Shown here: positions 46,101 to 58,409 of the stretch, in pieces
Position numbering within the stretch: position 1 is the stretch's first letter
How the letters are laid out: each line of letters starts with the position of its first letter
DNA from: Amphiscolops sp. MND2022
Lineage: Eukaryota
Direction of reading: 5' to 3'
NCBI GenBank assembly: GCA_964187785.1
Contig: OZ076411.1
Span: 68,572,001-68,636,000, forward strand
Length of the DNA: 64,000 nucleotides
The notes under the pieces: generated by a model
Databases searched by the model: none
What the model was told of the DNA's origin: nothing
Seen by the model: the letters and a program-made list of their open reading frames with translations, nothing else
Position numbers and translations under genes: made by a program

Positions 46101-47950
46101 TCTTATGGAAAATACGTATTTGTCGCGTTGTTCCCAGAGTGTAAAAGGTGTAAATTTTTTGAGAGACCTTATTTGGAATCTTGCCAGGTTTCGCTTGCTT
46201 TTTTTGTTAGTATAGAATATAGCGTTGCAGAAAACCGCGAGTGATTCTAACCAGTAGTTGCCAAGAAATAGTCAAAAACGTGTTATTCCAGTGACAATTT
46301 CGGAACACTGTAGTAAGGTTCCTAAGACAGGTCGAAATCTCTCCCACTAAAAGCAGCCCAGGAGGGACTGCACCATCGTGTAGACCTCAAAACGTTACGT
46401 TAGTGGTGTAAAGTTCGTAGCGCTACCATTACTAGTGATTGAGAAATCTTAGCCGCAGTTCTGCCCAAAAATTTCACGAAATTGTTGGAAAAATCGAATT
46501 ATAGTTGAGCAAAGTGCAATACCTTACAGGTATCCCAGCACTAAAAATCTGTCAATTTCATGCAAATGGTACCAGATGCTGACGATTCGTGCATTTTGAG
46601 CAGCCTGCTACTGTCCAACTTGGAGAATTGACAATTTTGTGATTTTTGAACCGAAAAAGTGGTACCTAGGGTACATCATAGTTTTGTCGTTTCGGATCGT
46701 CATATAATGCTCCAAGCATCCCGTCTCCGTATTTTCTGTTACGTGGGCATGAGTTACTCTCGCATGAAATTTTTCAAGTAGCTAGGACACCTGGAAGGCG
46801 AGTTTGACAAACTTTTGCGAATTTCACGACATAGTCAATTTTTCAGTGAACACTATTGAACAGCTGTAACACTAGTAGTGTTAATTTTGACGCAATCGGA
46901 GGTTAATTCCCCATGATTTGGCTACTGTAGTATACGGTGTGAAAGTTTCAGGTTGCTAGCAGCGCTAGAAGTGTATTTCATTTTCCACGGAGGTGCTTAT
47001 TGGCGAAAACATTGCTGATCTTGTTAATTTTTGTGAGAAACTGCACACTTTTGGTCAATGTACGTGCCGGTGAGGACCCCAACGACCTCACCAATATACT
47101 CGGCACCCTCAGCCCGTCCTGCTGCATCAATTTGATTAGTTCTAAACCGACCCTAAGATCTCGGGTTTCTGAGAAAACGGTTTACGAGACAGAGACGTCA
47201 AAAACCAAAAATCGAAATTCACATCCTAACTGCTATCAAAGTCACCTAAATGCAAGTTATTCGTTCTGAACACGCATGCTTGGTGCCTTGTGAACCCTGT
47301 GGATGCTGGAGCTTGTTTATAGGCACTTTTAGAGGTTCAGAATTTGAACGCAGTGCATCTCGAAACAGAACATCAAGTACAGCAATATCCAAGTGTGAAG
47401 AACCGTGTTTCCCTCGATCGTGTTGCGATCTGTAAGCAAAATTCTCTTGTTCGCCAGTGTCCTAATACCTACTATTTCCCAAGGTCTATTCCCAGTGCCC
47501 CCTTTTAGTGGCAACCCTGCTTGTGCTCTCTAACTATAGAGCAGTGCGAGTGACCTAGCCTTCGCTTGAGGAGCAAAGCGTGATTTCTTTAACAAATCAC
47601 CGTAAAACTCACTTAGCGTACCGAGACTTTTCTCTTCGTTCCAACCGCATAGACTCTGGCTGGACAAATTGTAGATTTGTGCGAGTCAACTTTAATAAGC
47701 CTTATGTAGTAGTACTTCGAAAAAACTACTTTTCGTTTTTGTAGAATAGCTATCTCCAGCTAGTGGGGAGGTAAGTCTTTCTATTTTCATTAGCGGTGAT
47801 TAGCGCCAGTGCACGTAATCTAGAGTCTGTAGTTTGTGGATTAGCAATTTTCGACTTAGAACCTAGAAAGTAACCGTGAACTGCAAGCTCCAGAACGTAG
47901 TGGTACAATAGTTTAGTTTGAGCATTAGAGGGAGTAATGCCAAGACTCCC
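43160..47950 (-). mobile_element. Near full-length degenerate LINE (I/Jockey-group-like: ORF1 remnant, APE, RT, C-terminal CCHC), interrupted by an unclassified insertion of about 1.4 kb (about 45670-47050)
   Basis: Minus-strand frames give WEIVGIRTL (APE), KADWNKW, KPF, SYRPLTISSHVGKLLERI, NIDLEKASDSVW, GLPQGSVLSPTLF, FADDT and CKC-x7-H-x4-C near the 3' end; several frameshifts. Confidence 0.88.
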
Positions 47951-48229
47951 ATTTAGCTGTCTTCAACTTCATTTTTCTGGAGGGAAGGAGTGAGTGAGCT
48001 ACGAGAAAAGCTAGAGAAAAGTTTCATCTTTCTGAAAAGAAGAAGTTAGAAAAGAGTGACAATCAATGAGATTGAGTGAGTGCGAGTACTTGATACCTTT
48101 GAATGAAGGGTCTTGGCACTCCAATGGCTTTCATGCCACCAATCTATTTGCGAACGAAGTAGAGGAATTGTAGATTTAGTACACGTGCTGAAACAGCAAT
48201 AGATGACGTAGTCACAAACAAGTTTTTAG

Positions 48230-51025
48230 CCAAAGCCACATCGGATAACATCTAACGCCGAACAAAACTTGCGAATCGCGCACGCCAGCCAACCAAATAC
48301 CTCTAAGGCAACTTCGGATAGTGCCGGCCTTGCCAATGCCACTCTCGGGAACCGTGACAGCGTGTGGCCTCCTCTGAATACCTCCGTGATTGCTTTGGGG
48401 GACTGGCCAAACTCAAATAGTGAACGAGCTACCAGCGCGAACACCACCGAATTGGTAGCAAACATGAATGTAGTCATGACTCTAAGAGAGATTACGCCAC
48501 AAGTGAGCGTAGGAGCGTACCCGCTGGGTTCCGGAGTTCCTGTGTTTAGTGCTAGTAGAAAAGTGTTCGCTGACACCACAAGAACTCCTTCAGGAAACCA
48601 ATTGGGAAAGCGGAAGACGAGAAAATAAGTGAATCTCCAGAACTATACCTTCACGACACCACCATTGCTAGGTCCCAGCACGATACGACTACAACGCACA
48701 GCAACGTTCCCAACATTCGGGCACAGATGGCGCAGCGTCTCCAGATTCGACCATTACAAGAAGCATTAAAGAGACTGAAGCCATAAAGGAAGACTTTGGA
48801 CGGAACATGGCACAGTTGAAACAAGTCCAGGCGAAGCTAACTCAAGAGAATTGCGACCATTCTCAGCGAGCTGAAGCCCTAACGAAGAAACTGGAGGAAC
48901 TGAAGAAAGGATTGATTATTATAAAAATGGAGGTACGCGTCAGCCAGGACAAGCTAGAATCGTCAAACGCGTCAATCAATGACCTAATTAGACAAAGATA
49001 AGGTCTGACCGAAAAGCGCATGTCAGAAATGACAACGATAATGGCGCAGAGGGATTGAGAAGCCGATGAACGTCTGAAGCTCATATCCGAAACGATGCAT
49101 CGCAGAGACTTAGATCTCGACAAAAGCATGGTGGACCTCATGTCTACAGTTCAAGATTTAAGCCTAGGAGTAAAAGCTGTAGTGGCGACAGTACCAAGTC
49201 GTCCTTCACCAGTGCCGATGGCACTAAACCCTGCGAACGTATCATTTACAAGCATATCTCCGCCTCAGCAACCTACCTATAAAACAATAATTCAACATCA
49301 AAACGGGACAAAACTCGACCAAACGAAACAGCCAAAGTTGCAACCACCTGCAACGTAGAAGACGATATCTGTAAAAGCTCAAGTCGCTACAGCTAGTCAC
49401 GCTAAGTTGCAACGATGTGAAATATCCGGCCCCCCTGCATTCAATCCCTAAGCTAGAGGTGCCTCAACAACTGGAGATTACTTCTCGGCGGCCAGTGGCC
49501 TAATGACAAGGGAAACGAGGACTTCAAAGGGAGACAGTGAGTACCAAACTGCTGTTTCGTCGAAACCCAGCTCGATGCACCCAACGTTTTTCACCAGCCA
49601 TGAGCAACTGATACCACTGGCCCCCAGTACGCAAAGAAAAACCACCTCGAAGAGGAATCTAAATCTAGAGACAGTAGAATGAAGTGCAAAAGACAACGTT
49701 ATGCACGCGATACACAGTGAAGCAATAGCTGAAGCAATAACCACCGCGATGTCCAAAGGTCTGGAACCGCTACTAGCGGCAAAAAAGCCAAAAACAAACC
49801 AACCAAAAACCACGGTACGCGTGATGGGATAGTAGATGGTTGGTTAGTGCTCTTGAAACGCTATCTGGAGAAAGCACACGTGAAGGATACTCTATTAGAC
49901 AGAGCATGGACCATCGTTGAATTCCTGGAAACGAGGCAAGAGACTACATTACGAACAAATCTGAGGCTGCAGGCGACAGGGACGAAAAAGTCTTTGCGGT
50001 GCTAGCGCGGCGATTTGGCACAGGATCCAACAAGGTCCAAATACAACAGCAGTTTCGTACGCGCAATCAGTCAAACGATGAAGACTACATGCGAGATCTC
50101 GACGCACTTGAAGGCTTGCGCAGCCAAGGTTTCACTATCGAGGAGGTGACAGTGAGGCGCTACGAGATCATGCAGAGATTCATCGAAGAGATTCGCAGCT
50201 TTTCGTTGAAGCAAAACCTCGCACTCATGTATGCACAAGAGCAATACGTGGATGCACCTCCAATAGTAGAAGCACTATGGTTCACGGTTCGGCAGTACTT
50301 GCGTATGCGTGACCCTACCCGCGCCGAGAATTTTCCAGCACCCCAGCAGCAGCAACAACCTTGTGGTACGAAAATAGCTGGTGAATGGGTTTGCCCTTCA
50401 AACCCTCGTGGCATGAACGATTTTGTACACGCAGTCTTAACAGAACAAGGAACAACGGCATTCCGCATTTTTGGTCGCATGGGCCACTTGGCATCTGAAT
50501 ACATGGTGCCTGAGAATGCAGCAACAGAAGAACAATTGAAAGCGGCGTGGTACGCAACATTGACGAATTCCGCGGACTTTGCTGATGCTGATGATCAGAT
50601 AGGGGTAATCTCAACTTTAGAAGAAGGAGGTCCCTCACGCCCGGTGGTCGTGACTTGTGGCGAAAAACAACTCCTGACAACGCTTGAAGCCCCAGCTCCC
50701 GACTGTACTGAAAATTTAATTTCTATTCACTTACTCTAGTCAGCAGAACAAAAAGCGCTTCCAAACCTCACATTGGCACAACTGAAGGAGGAGTTTTGTC
50801 GTAACACCAAACTTACGATAGCCTCGAGACCACTATCCCATTTCACTAGAAAAGAAGAGACCAAGCTAGCCCAGATACAAAAGGTCAAAACAATTGCGCC
50901 AGTCCCCATTGCAATCACGGTTGACGCTGTCGACATGAGGTTCGACCTGATTGTTGTCCTGGAAGGACACTTCCCGCAAGGAATATATTTGGGCAAGCAA
51001 GAACTGCGCTGCTACAACATCGGAG
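48230..51025 (+). mobile_element. Degenerate Ty3/Gypsy gag and aspartic protease region, truncated at about 51025
   Basis: Coiled-coil segments (48807-49100), capsid-like ORF 49999-50739 (QQQFRTRNQ..YEIMQRFIE), and protease C-terminal-like PIAITVDAVDMRFDLIVVLEGHFPQGIYLGKQELRCYNIG, after which similarity stops. Confidence 0.7.
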
Positions 51026-53859
51026 AAACCACCACCACCCGCACCTGCATCAGCTCCGCAAACTGAGGGTGCTGACCAGCTCTTTCCTGAGCCTGCTCGG
51101 TTAGCGGCTTCAACACAGGTACACACTGACAAGCCTTCAGAAACTACAGAAAATGAATACTTATCAGAGGGTAAGGCTAGTTTTGTGAGCAGTGCAAACA
51201 TGAATCACTACGAAATGTGTGGTAGCTCTAGCAGAATACCCACTTCACAACAACGACAAACGACTTCGAGGAAAATTAGCTTTGATCAATATGATTATTC
51301 GCGAGGAATACCGAATAGACATGAATTAACGAAAAGTGGTTATTACTCTTACCTTGATAAACATGCCACCAATTCGTCAACAGACACAAAACGTGATTTT
51401 CTCCTGAAATTGCTTCGAACACACGTGAAAATTTTGTAACCTCAAAAATTTCAGTTCCGCATAAAGAAATGCACCAGAAAAGCCTATACTAAAAACTAGA
51501 CACCCTGTTCGTTCAAGTAGAGGTAAACCAGATCCCTCGTGTGAAATTCACTCACCACATTTTCAGCTTAATTCAATCAACAGTCATAACGAAAGTATAA
51601 TAATGCCACAAAATGTAATAATTATAAAACTAAAATTTTTTGATAACATTTTTCCGAATTTTGGTTTTCGTTTCTCCGCCGGTTCAAAATTTGAGACGAG
51701 CATACAAAATGGAAAAGCTGTAACATTTGATGAAATGCCACAAATATTCTCGAACAGTTGCTACCAGGCTCGATTTTAGCCCATTTATCGCAAACAAGAA
51801 GAAACTGGATTTACTTGTTGATGTTGCAAGACAAAAATGACGTTCATTTGAACTATACCCATTTGAACAAATGCTTATGTAGAATGAAAAGTCAAATGAT
51901 AGCAAATTCCATCAATCATATTAAATTACAACAACTTGGTTATGAACACAATCTTGAATGGCGCCGTGTGCTTCTTAATATAGTTCGAGCTGACACTGAC
52001 ATTCAAGTTCAAATAGTAGTCAACTTTGTAATCATTAACCAGATAAAAGCCAACTACATAGTCCGTTCGAATCCACCATATGATGACGAACTTCGAAAAT
52101 GAGAGTTTCAAATGTGCACTGCACGCAAATTAGCATTCCAAGGAATGATGCAAAACTCAGAAATAACAGAAGCAAATAAAAACAGAAAATAAATGACATC
52201 CCGAGCCGAGACTTCTCACAAGAAATTGATGAATCTAGTTGACCACTTCATCAGCCTAATTAATACATAAACAAATACTGCGTTCGCTTATCGAACTGTC
52301 AATTAAAATTAAGAGCAATTCTAATTACGATTCCACATTGCTTGAAACTTGATAAATCTTGCTCAAAGAGTAGTATTTTTCACATGGATAGACTTTTTTG
52401 GGCTCTAGATATTCCCGAATTTGAGTGCCAAGTTCATGGCGACATCATTATTACACGAACTGACAACCCTTACGTGAAACCTCCACTTACTGTCCCAGTA
52501 CGTTACTGGCAGTCTTGACGACTCATCCACGCTGGCTTGTTTGTTTACCCGCACACTGACTGGTGGAATGCCGTTATACGGGTGGCAGAGTCCCACATAT
52601 CTTACGATGGCAGAGCACGTGATCTGCTAATTGGATGAGCATGCTCTGCCCTCGTCGCAGCGAATAGCAAACATATAATGAACAACTACCAAGACACATG
52701 TGTAACCATGACTCCAAATTTAGCTTCTTATACTCATGAAACATCGTTTTCAAATGACTCATCAGTTCAGAATGTAATGGTTGAAAACTTTTCTATTCTT
52801 GTTCTTTTTCTAATCTTGAAATTAAATAAGAAAAAAGCGATTATAATTATCAGTTCTCACAATTGATATACAATGCCATGATTATACGAGTAGTGAAAAC
52901 AGATGTGCCATTGAATAAGTGCATCTTTACCGTCTCTCAAACACACCTGGAAAGCTGCAAAATAGAGAAAAATTGCGGAACAAAAAATTTTTTTTCAAAA
53001 AAGACAATCAATCGAAAAAGTACCACGATGGGATGTTAGGGCTATATCTGTACTTTCAAATGGTGAAGGTTTGATGACATGCCATTGTTCACTAATAAAC
53101 GCTCTCACTTTGATTACCTGGTACTTGCTGTATTTCAGAGATTTTTTCTCAGAAAAGTTTCATCATTTTCGAAGAAATAATTTTACTGAAGATGAATCTC
53201 GAAATCGTGCCACAATATGATGATGAGGCAACCTTCTTTTTTTCGTTTAGTGAAGGTTCTGGGTTTCTAACACCGTCAGTAACGAAACGCCCTCACTTTG
53301 AAAAACACAACAACTTCCTTTGTCTGATGACACGATATTTTGAGTAAAAATTGTCTTTTTTGCTGCACTTTTGCTCCATTTTGGCAATGCAAACTTGGTG
53401 GCTATATCACCAGAGGCTGCCAGTTTGTTGAATTGCTAAAATGAACAACATATCCACTAGGGTTTATCACACGCAATAAAAAAAACAAAACAGCAAAGAG
53501 GTACCAGCGACAAAGTAGAACATGATTTGTATTGAATGCATATAGTTGTGCTGCTTACCTCCCTTATCATTTGAAATCTCTGAGCAAGGCTTTCCTCCAT
53601 GCTTCCAATCGAGCTATACAAAAAAAATCCAAAGACAAAGAAAAAGAGAAAAAACACCACGAACTAGACAAAAATAGAAAACCTTTTTTGGAAACTTCAA
53701 CTCTTTCAATCTTCCGCCTGACTCGTCCAAGGAAGGGCATTTTTCGTTTCCGCATCGGAACCTTCGGTACTTTTTGTACTTTTCGAAGCATTGGTAATTC
53801 GCCTTGATGAAACACTCCATGTGTTTCATCAAGGCAGTTTTCGACTTTCCCAATTTGTT

Positions 53860-55250
53860 TTTAGTTTTTGACAAGTTTGTTGTCTGTGCACATATTCAAT
53901 AAGGTAGTTTTTCTTTCGCTACCCAGACCAGTAGCGTAATATTGGATTACTTGCTCCCGTCTTAGCAAGGCACATTCCATTTTTCCCTCACAACCAGCCA
54001 CCATAGAAAGCCCTGAACTCGAGGTCACCACAGCATGGGCACATAAAACTGGCTGCACCATTAAGGGAAGAGGATCTGTAAAGTAGAACCAGACACGGTG
54101 TTTCACAGATTTTGGAGGGGGCTTCGACAAAAAACTTACTAGAAACAGAAGTATTTAATGACTCTATATACCTAAATACATTCCCCCGTTTTGCAATGAG
54201 CATCAACTTTCTTCCAACAGGTGTATGTGTGATACTATCATCTCCTCCGGTCTCAATATGTCGGGCAGTGAATCAGTTTCCGAATGCTATAATTCCATCC
54301 AATTTTGTAATAATCAAGGACTCAGGACTTGAATATTTTGCCAACCCTTGCACATTGAAGGACCAATCATTTGAATCTTTCGTGAATTCGGTTTCATGAT
54401 TCTTTATGGAATCATAGAACCTTTCTCGTTTACGTATTTTCCACTTTTGCAGCATCATATAGACTATACCATTAGCCGAACGGCAGTCGGGAATCGCCTT
54501 GACAAAGTTTTCGTTCATTTTAAATAACTGCTGATTTTTGATAAAGATAGGTTCGTTGACCCAAGTTTTGTCCACACAATACCCCAAACCATTTTGCTTC
54601 ATCTCGGACATCACATCTGTCCAAGACTCACATACACACAGTAGGGACAGGTTCCCAGCCCAAAGCAAGTAGAGATTTTTTTGTTGAGGATGTTCTCCAC
54701 ACCTAGATTTTGTGAACTTTTTGACAGCCTTGTTCCAATTAGTTCATGTCTCCAACCTTTTTTAGCATGTCTCACTTGCAGAGACACTTGCAATTGTTAC
54801 TTCATTCCTGAAACCTGCAATAAAGAAGTAGCACATTATTTTCTCTCGGAAAATGAAAACTATATGACAAACTATCGTTCACAATACTTGAGCTTCATCA
54901 AAATAATACCACTACAACGAATTCAAGACAAAAAAACACACTATGTGTTGAAGCTTCTGAGATGCGTTTGTCCATAAATTTAAGTAGGCGTTAACACTAA
55001 ATAAACATCATTCTTCTCTTCTAGGCACTTACCGCAGTCTTTTCACCAGCCATAAAAGCAGGGCGGGTGAGATCAGTACACACAACATGATCCAGAACCG
55101 ATGTTGATTTTCATCATTCGAGATGTCCTCCACAAATTTTGCAGGCCTAAATCACGGTCTGAATGCATACCTTCCCGAGAAACTTTCTGTCAGGACAACA
55201 TTGAATGGCAATGCCCCTGATTAGTTTTTGAACACACATTGTTTTCCGTT
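53860..55250 (-). pseudogene. Decayed JmjC (cupin 2-oxoglutarate/Fe dioxygenase) domain gene with a spliceosomal intron and a possible upstream Cys-rich finger
   Basis: Frame 54668-54130 reads GIIAFGN*FTARHIETGGDDSITHTPVGRKLMLIA (HxE, then G.K); after one frameshift LMVQPVLCAHAVVT..SMVAGCEG (distal His). This parallels JmjC T.FH.D.GG...G.K and IP.GW.HAV.T. Intron GTAAGT (55032)..TTGCAG (54815). Confidence 0.65.
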
Positions 55251-55489
55251 CTGAATATCTCAATACACGATACAGATTTAGCACAACAAAAAAACGAACG
55301 ACTAAATAAACAACCACCTTGTTGATTACAATTTTGTTCAGGGATCTTACCCTCACTTGCACTAACGGCTACCCAAACGAAATGGGCATCATACATTGAT
55401 GCTGAACCAGATTCCGGTGCAGTACTAGAAAATGGGATAATTTTCAACCATGTTACGAAGATTTTATTAGCCAAAAATTCAAAAACGTT

Positions 55490-57617
55490 GATTTCCTGGT
55501 CCTTTTTCCAAAGTTCGAAATGGACTTACGAGCCGAGTTACGCACCTATATCGACAAACTGGGCCAACTTTGGACCTCGCCAAGTTGGCGGTGCCATTTA
55601 GATTATTCTTCCGGTTTCAAGAAAAAAGACTTTGATTGATTGGCTCTTACACCAAGTTGACAACGAAGTAACCCTTGCAGAGTAAGAGCGTGTCGCTCTT
55701 CGCAATTACATTTCGGCCTTTTTGAACTCTGAATCTTCCGATACGGCCCAACTTTTTCGTCCACCAAGTGCAGCGCCGCTTGCAATGATGACGCTTGCAT
55801 CAGTAGGTTTATTTGGCTCTGGTATTGCTCTAGGGAGTGGATCATGCGAAATTACCGGAATTTTTGGATCCTGTCATGATCATGCTATGACGAATGCTGC
55901 AAATATTGAAAAACTCGCGGACTTTACAGAAGTCTTCACCGAAGACGTTTTCAAGCTAAGAACAAAATGTAATGAAAAGTTTTTCATGGTAACTTTGGAA
56001 CTGGCAGCAATAAAATCTGTTCAAAAAGAGATGATAGAAGTTCAAAACAGAAATTGGCAAATAATTGAAGATCATTTCGAAATATTTCGAGAACACATCC
56101 AAGTATTACGGGATTGCAATCAGTTACTTTTCTCAACACAGCAAGTCAACTTCAATTATGACACGATATCGTCCTTAATTGCTATCACATTTTCGAAGAG
56201 TAAAAGTTACCGTGGCGCACTTTATACTTATCGATTCAACATAATGAATTCGATTCAATTAATTTCGAACAATTTTTTACCAATGTCATTAGTTCCTAGA
56301 CAATCACTTTTAGCTATCCTCGAAAGCGTAGCGTCGGAGCAAGGTCAATCAAAAGACCGCCTATCGCTAGCTATTCTGATGTATGAAATAATGTCTCATT
56401 ATGAATCCCGACTGTTGAGGGACGTAATACCGACTGATCAAGGTTTAATTATGAGGATTGCGATTCCGTTAGCGTCTAAACAAACAAACAAACAGCATTT
56501 ACTGTTTTTTCCCGCACTTGCGGTCCCAATGCCTCAATCGGAACCTTACTTAGCAATTAAATGGAAATTGGAAGCGCCTTATTTAGCTATCTCAGAAGAT
56601 ATTATGGAAACTGCCTAGTTGACTGATTATGATCTTTCGCAATTTATAGGTTCCTCACGTTATCAAATTTGCCTAGACATGATTGCTACCGACAAAGGAC
56701 ATGGATATTGCTTTGCAACACTCTTTTTCAAAGGCAGCGATGAAGCCTTGCAAATTTGTGAAACGTAACAGATTCTTTTACCTGCAGCGGAAAAAGCCAA
56801 AAGTTTAGGGTACGGAGTTTGGCTTACAACTTCCGCAACGACAGCTTATACACTTATAGAAATTGACATACCTTCTACTACTTTCTTCGGAATAATCAAA
56901 TATCCAGAATGACGGATTTGTATTGTTACACTGGAATGTGGAAAACAACTGGTAACTCCTCACATCAAAATTTGCTCGGACCTTGGTACTTGTGAACAAC
57001 TTACAGTTAAACTTCCAGGTCCGTTGGCTCAGTTATGGAGCGAAATACCGGTGGTACAGGACATGCCTTATTTCTCTTCGAAGTCAGCCGCTGGTATCGC
57101 AAGGCTCAATCAAGTACTATAAAGCCTCTTCGGAGCCCCCATGCTCCGTGATCCCGAAAAATTTTTAGGAATAGCCCGCCCGATAACTTAAAAAAGACCC
57201 GATTGCGACCGTCTCTAACTAAAGAATTTGAATCACACTTGTCTATCAAACACTCTTTGTTCATTTATCATCGTTATAAGCATAAACACCACCTCGCTCC
57301 GTTGTGGTGTGGCCTTTTTTGCCCGAAAAACACCCTTGCTCCCGGTCCTCAGCAGCGCATACAGCGTTCGGCATCGACTACAACACTTTCCGGCGAAACT
57401 ACATTCAGGGGCGATATCGTTAAAAATGGATCTCGACAAGCTATTAATCGCGCTGATTCTCATCTTGCGATGTCACTACGAGATGGTGAAGAGACCAACC
57501 ACCATCCCACGTTACCATTGCCGTCTTACGCTGTTTCTCCAAACGCGACTGCCGAGAATAATCGTGCAACGTGTCCGCATGCACCGAGGCAGCCCTAGCA
57601 AGCGACTATTCTCCTAA
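55490..57617 (+). mobile_element. env: Degenerate envelope gene (class I fusion glycoprotein, baculovirus-F/errantivirus-env-like) of an LTR retroelement, 5'-truncated
   Basis: Fusion-peptide-like AAPLAMMTLASVGLFGSGIALG, heptad region, IAIPLAS..AVPMP motif, Cys-rich segment 56640-57000, hydrophobic TM-like stretch LSNTLCSFIIVISIN (about 57240-57290), AATAAA at about 57754. The longest open part is 298 aa. Confidence 0.82.
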
Positions 57618-58409
57618 ATACGTTACCTTCCTAACGATGGAAAAGGAACCAGATCATTTTTTTCTCGCTCGCTTATCATTTTTTAATTGTGTAACTGGAT
57701 TCATTCATCACTCATTACATCTGTAAGTGCATATTTAAATTTATAAAATACAAATAAAGCCTTTCGGGACTGGATAGCTGTGTGCTGGCAATCGAAAGAA
57801 TCCTTCTATTTAATCTCGACTCTTCTGGATCTCTTAACCGTTTGAATAAGAACCTTTTTTTTGGGTTGACATATGAATTCCTTTATCCACTACTCCCTGT
57901 TTTTCTCCACATATGGAATACGATTCTTCTTATCTGGGCGCTCCTTCCTTTTTTCTTCGCCTTCAATCAGTGGAACTACATCTGGCGGCAAAGCCACAGC
58001 AAGGAGGGTAGTGTAACATTCCAGAATGTGATTGATGAGGAAATATCAAACTGAAATAGGAAACTCAAGATAGCAACTTTCGCAATTAATCTTAATCAGA
58101 CAACAAACTGATGGTTATTAGTGAGATCCATAATCTTGACATTTATAGATAAAAACTGAACTTGAACCATTTATTATGATCGCCAGACCTAACTTCATTA
58201 GAGAGTTCTTTAAGAATTGGAGACTCAGAATAAAGTTGACTTCTAACTAACCTGCTAGTTTTTGAAACTCATCACAAGAACATAGTAGAAAACTTTTTCG
58301 ACTGACCGTATCTGTTATATCTGAAATTGTACAAGTTGAAACCCACTCTGGCAAAAGTGGGAGTCCTGTAAACAATCATATCATACAACACATCGGCCAC
58401 GTTTCAGCG

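Noticed and set aside
57690-57790. TGTAAC...TGGCA as the 3' LTR after env
   Set aside because: AATAAA is present, but there is no polypurine tract or matching 5' copy in the window.
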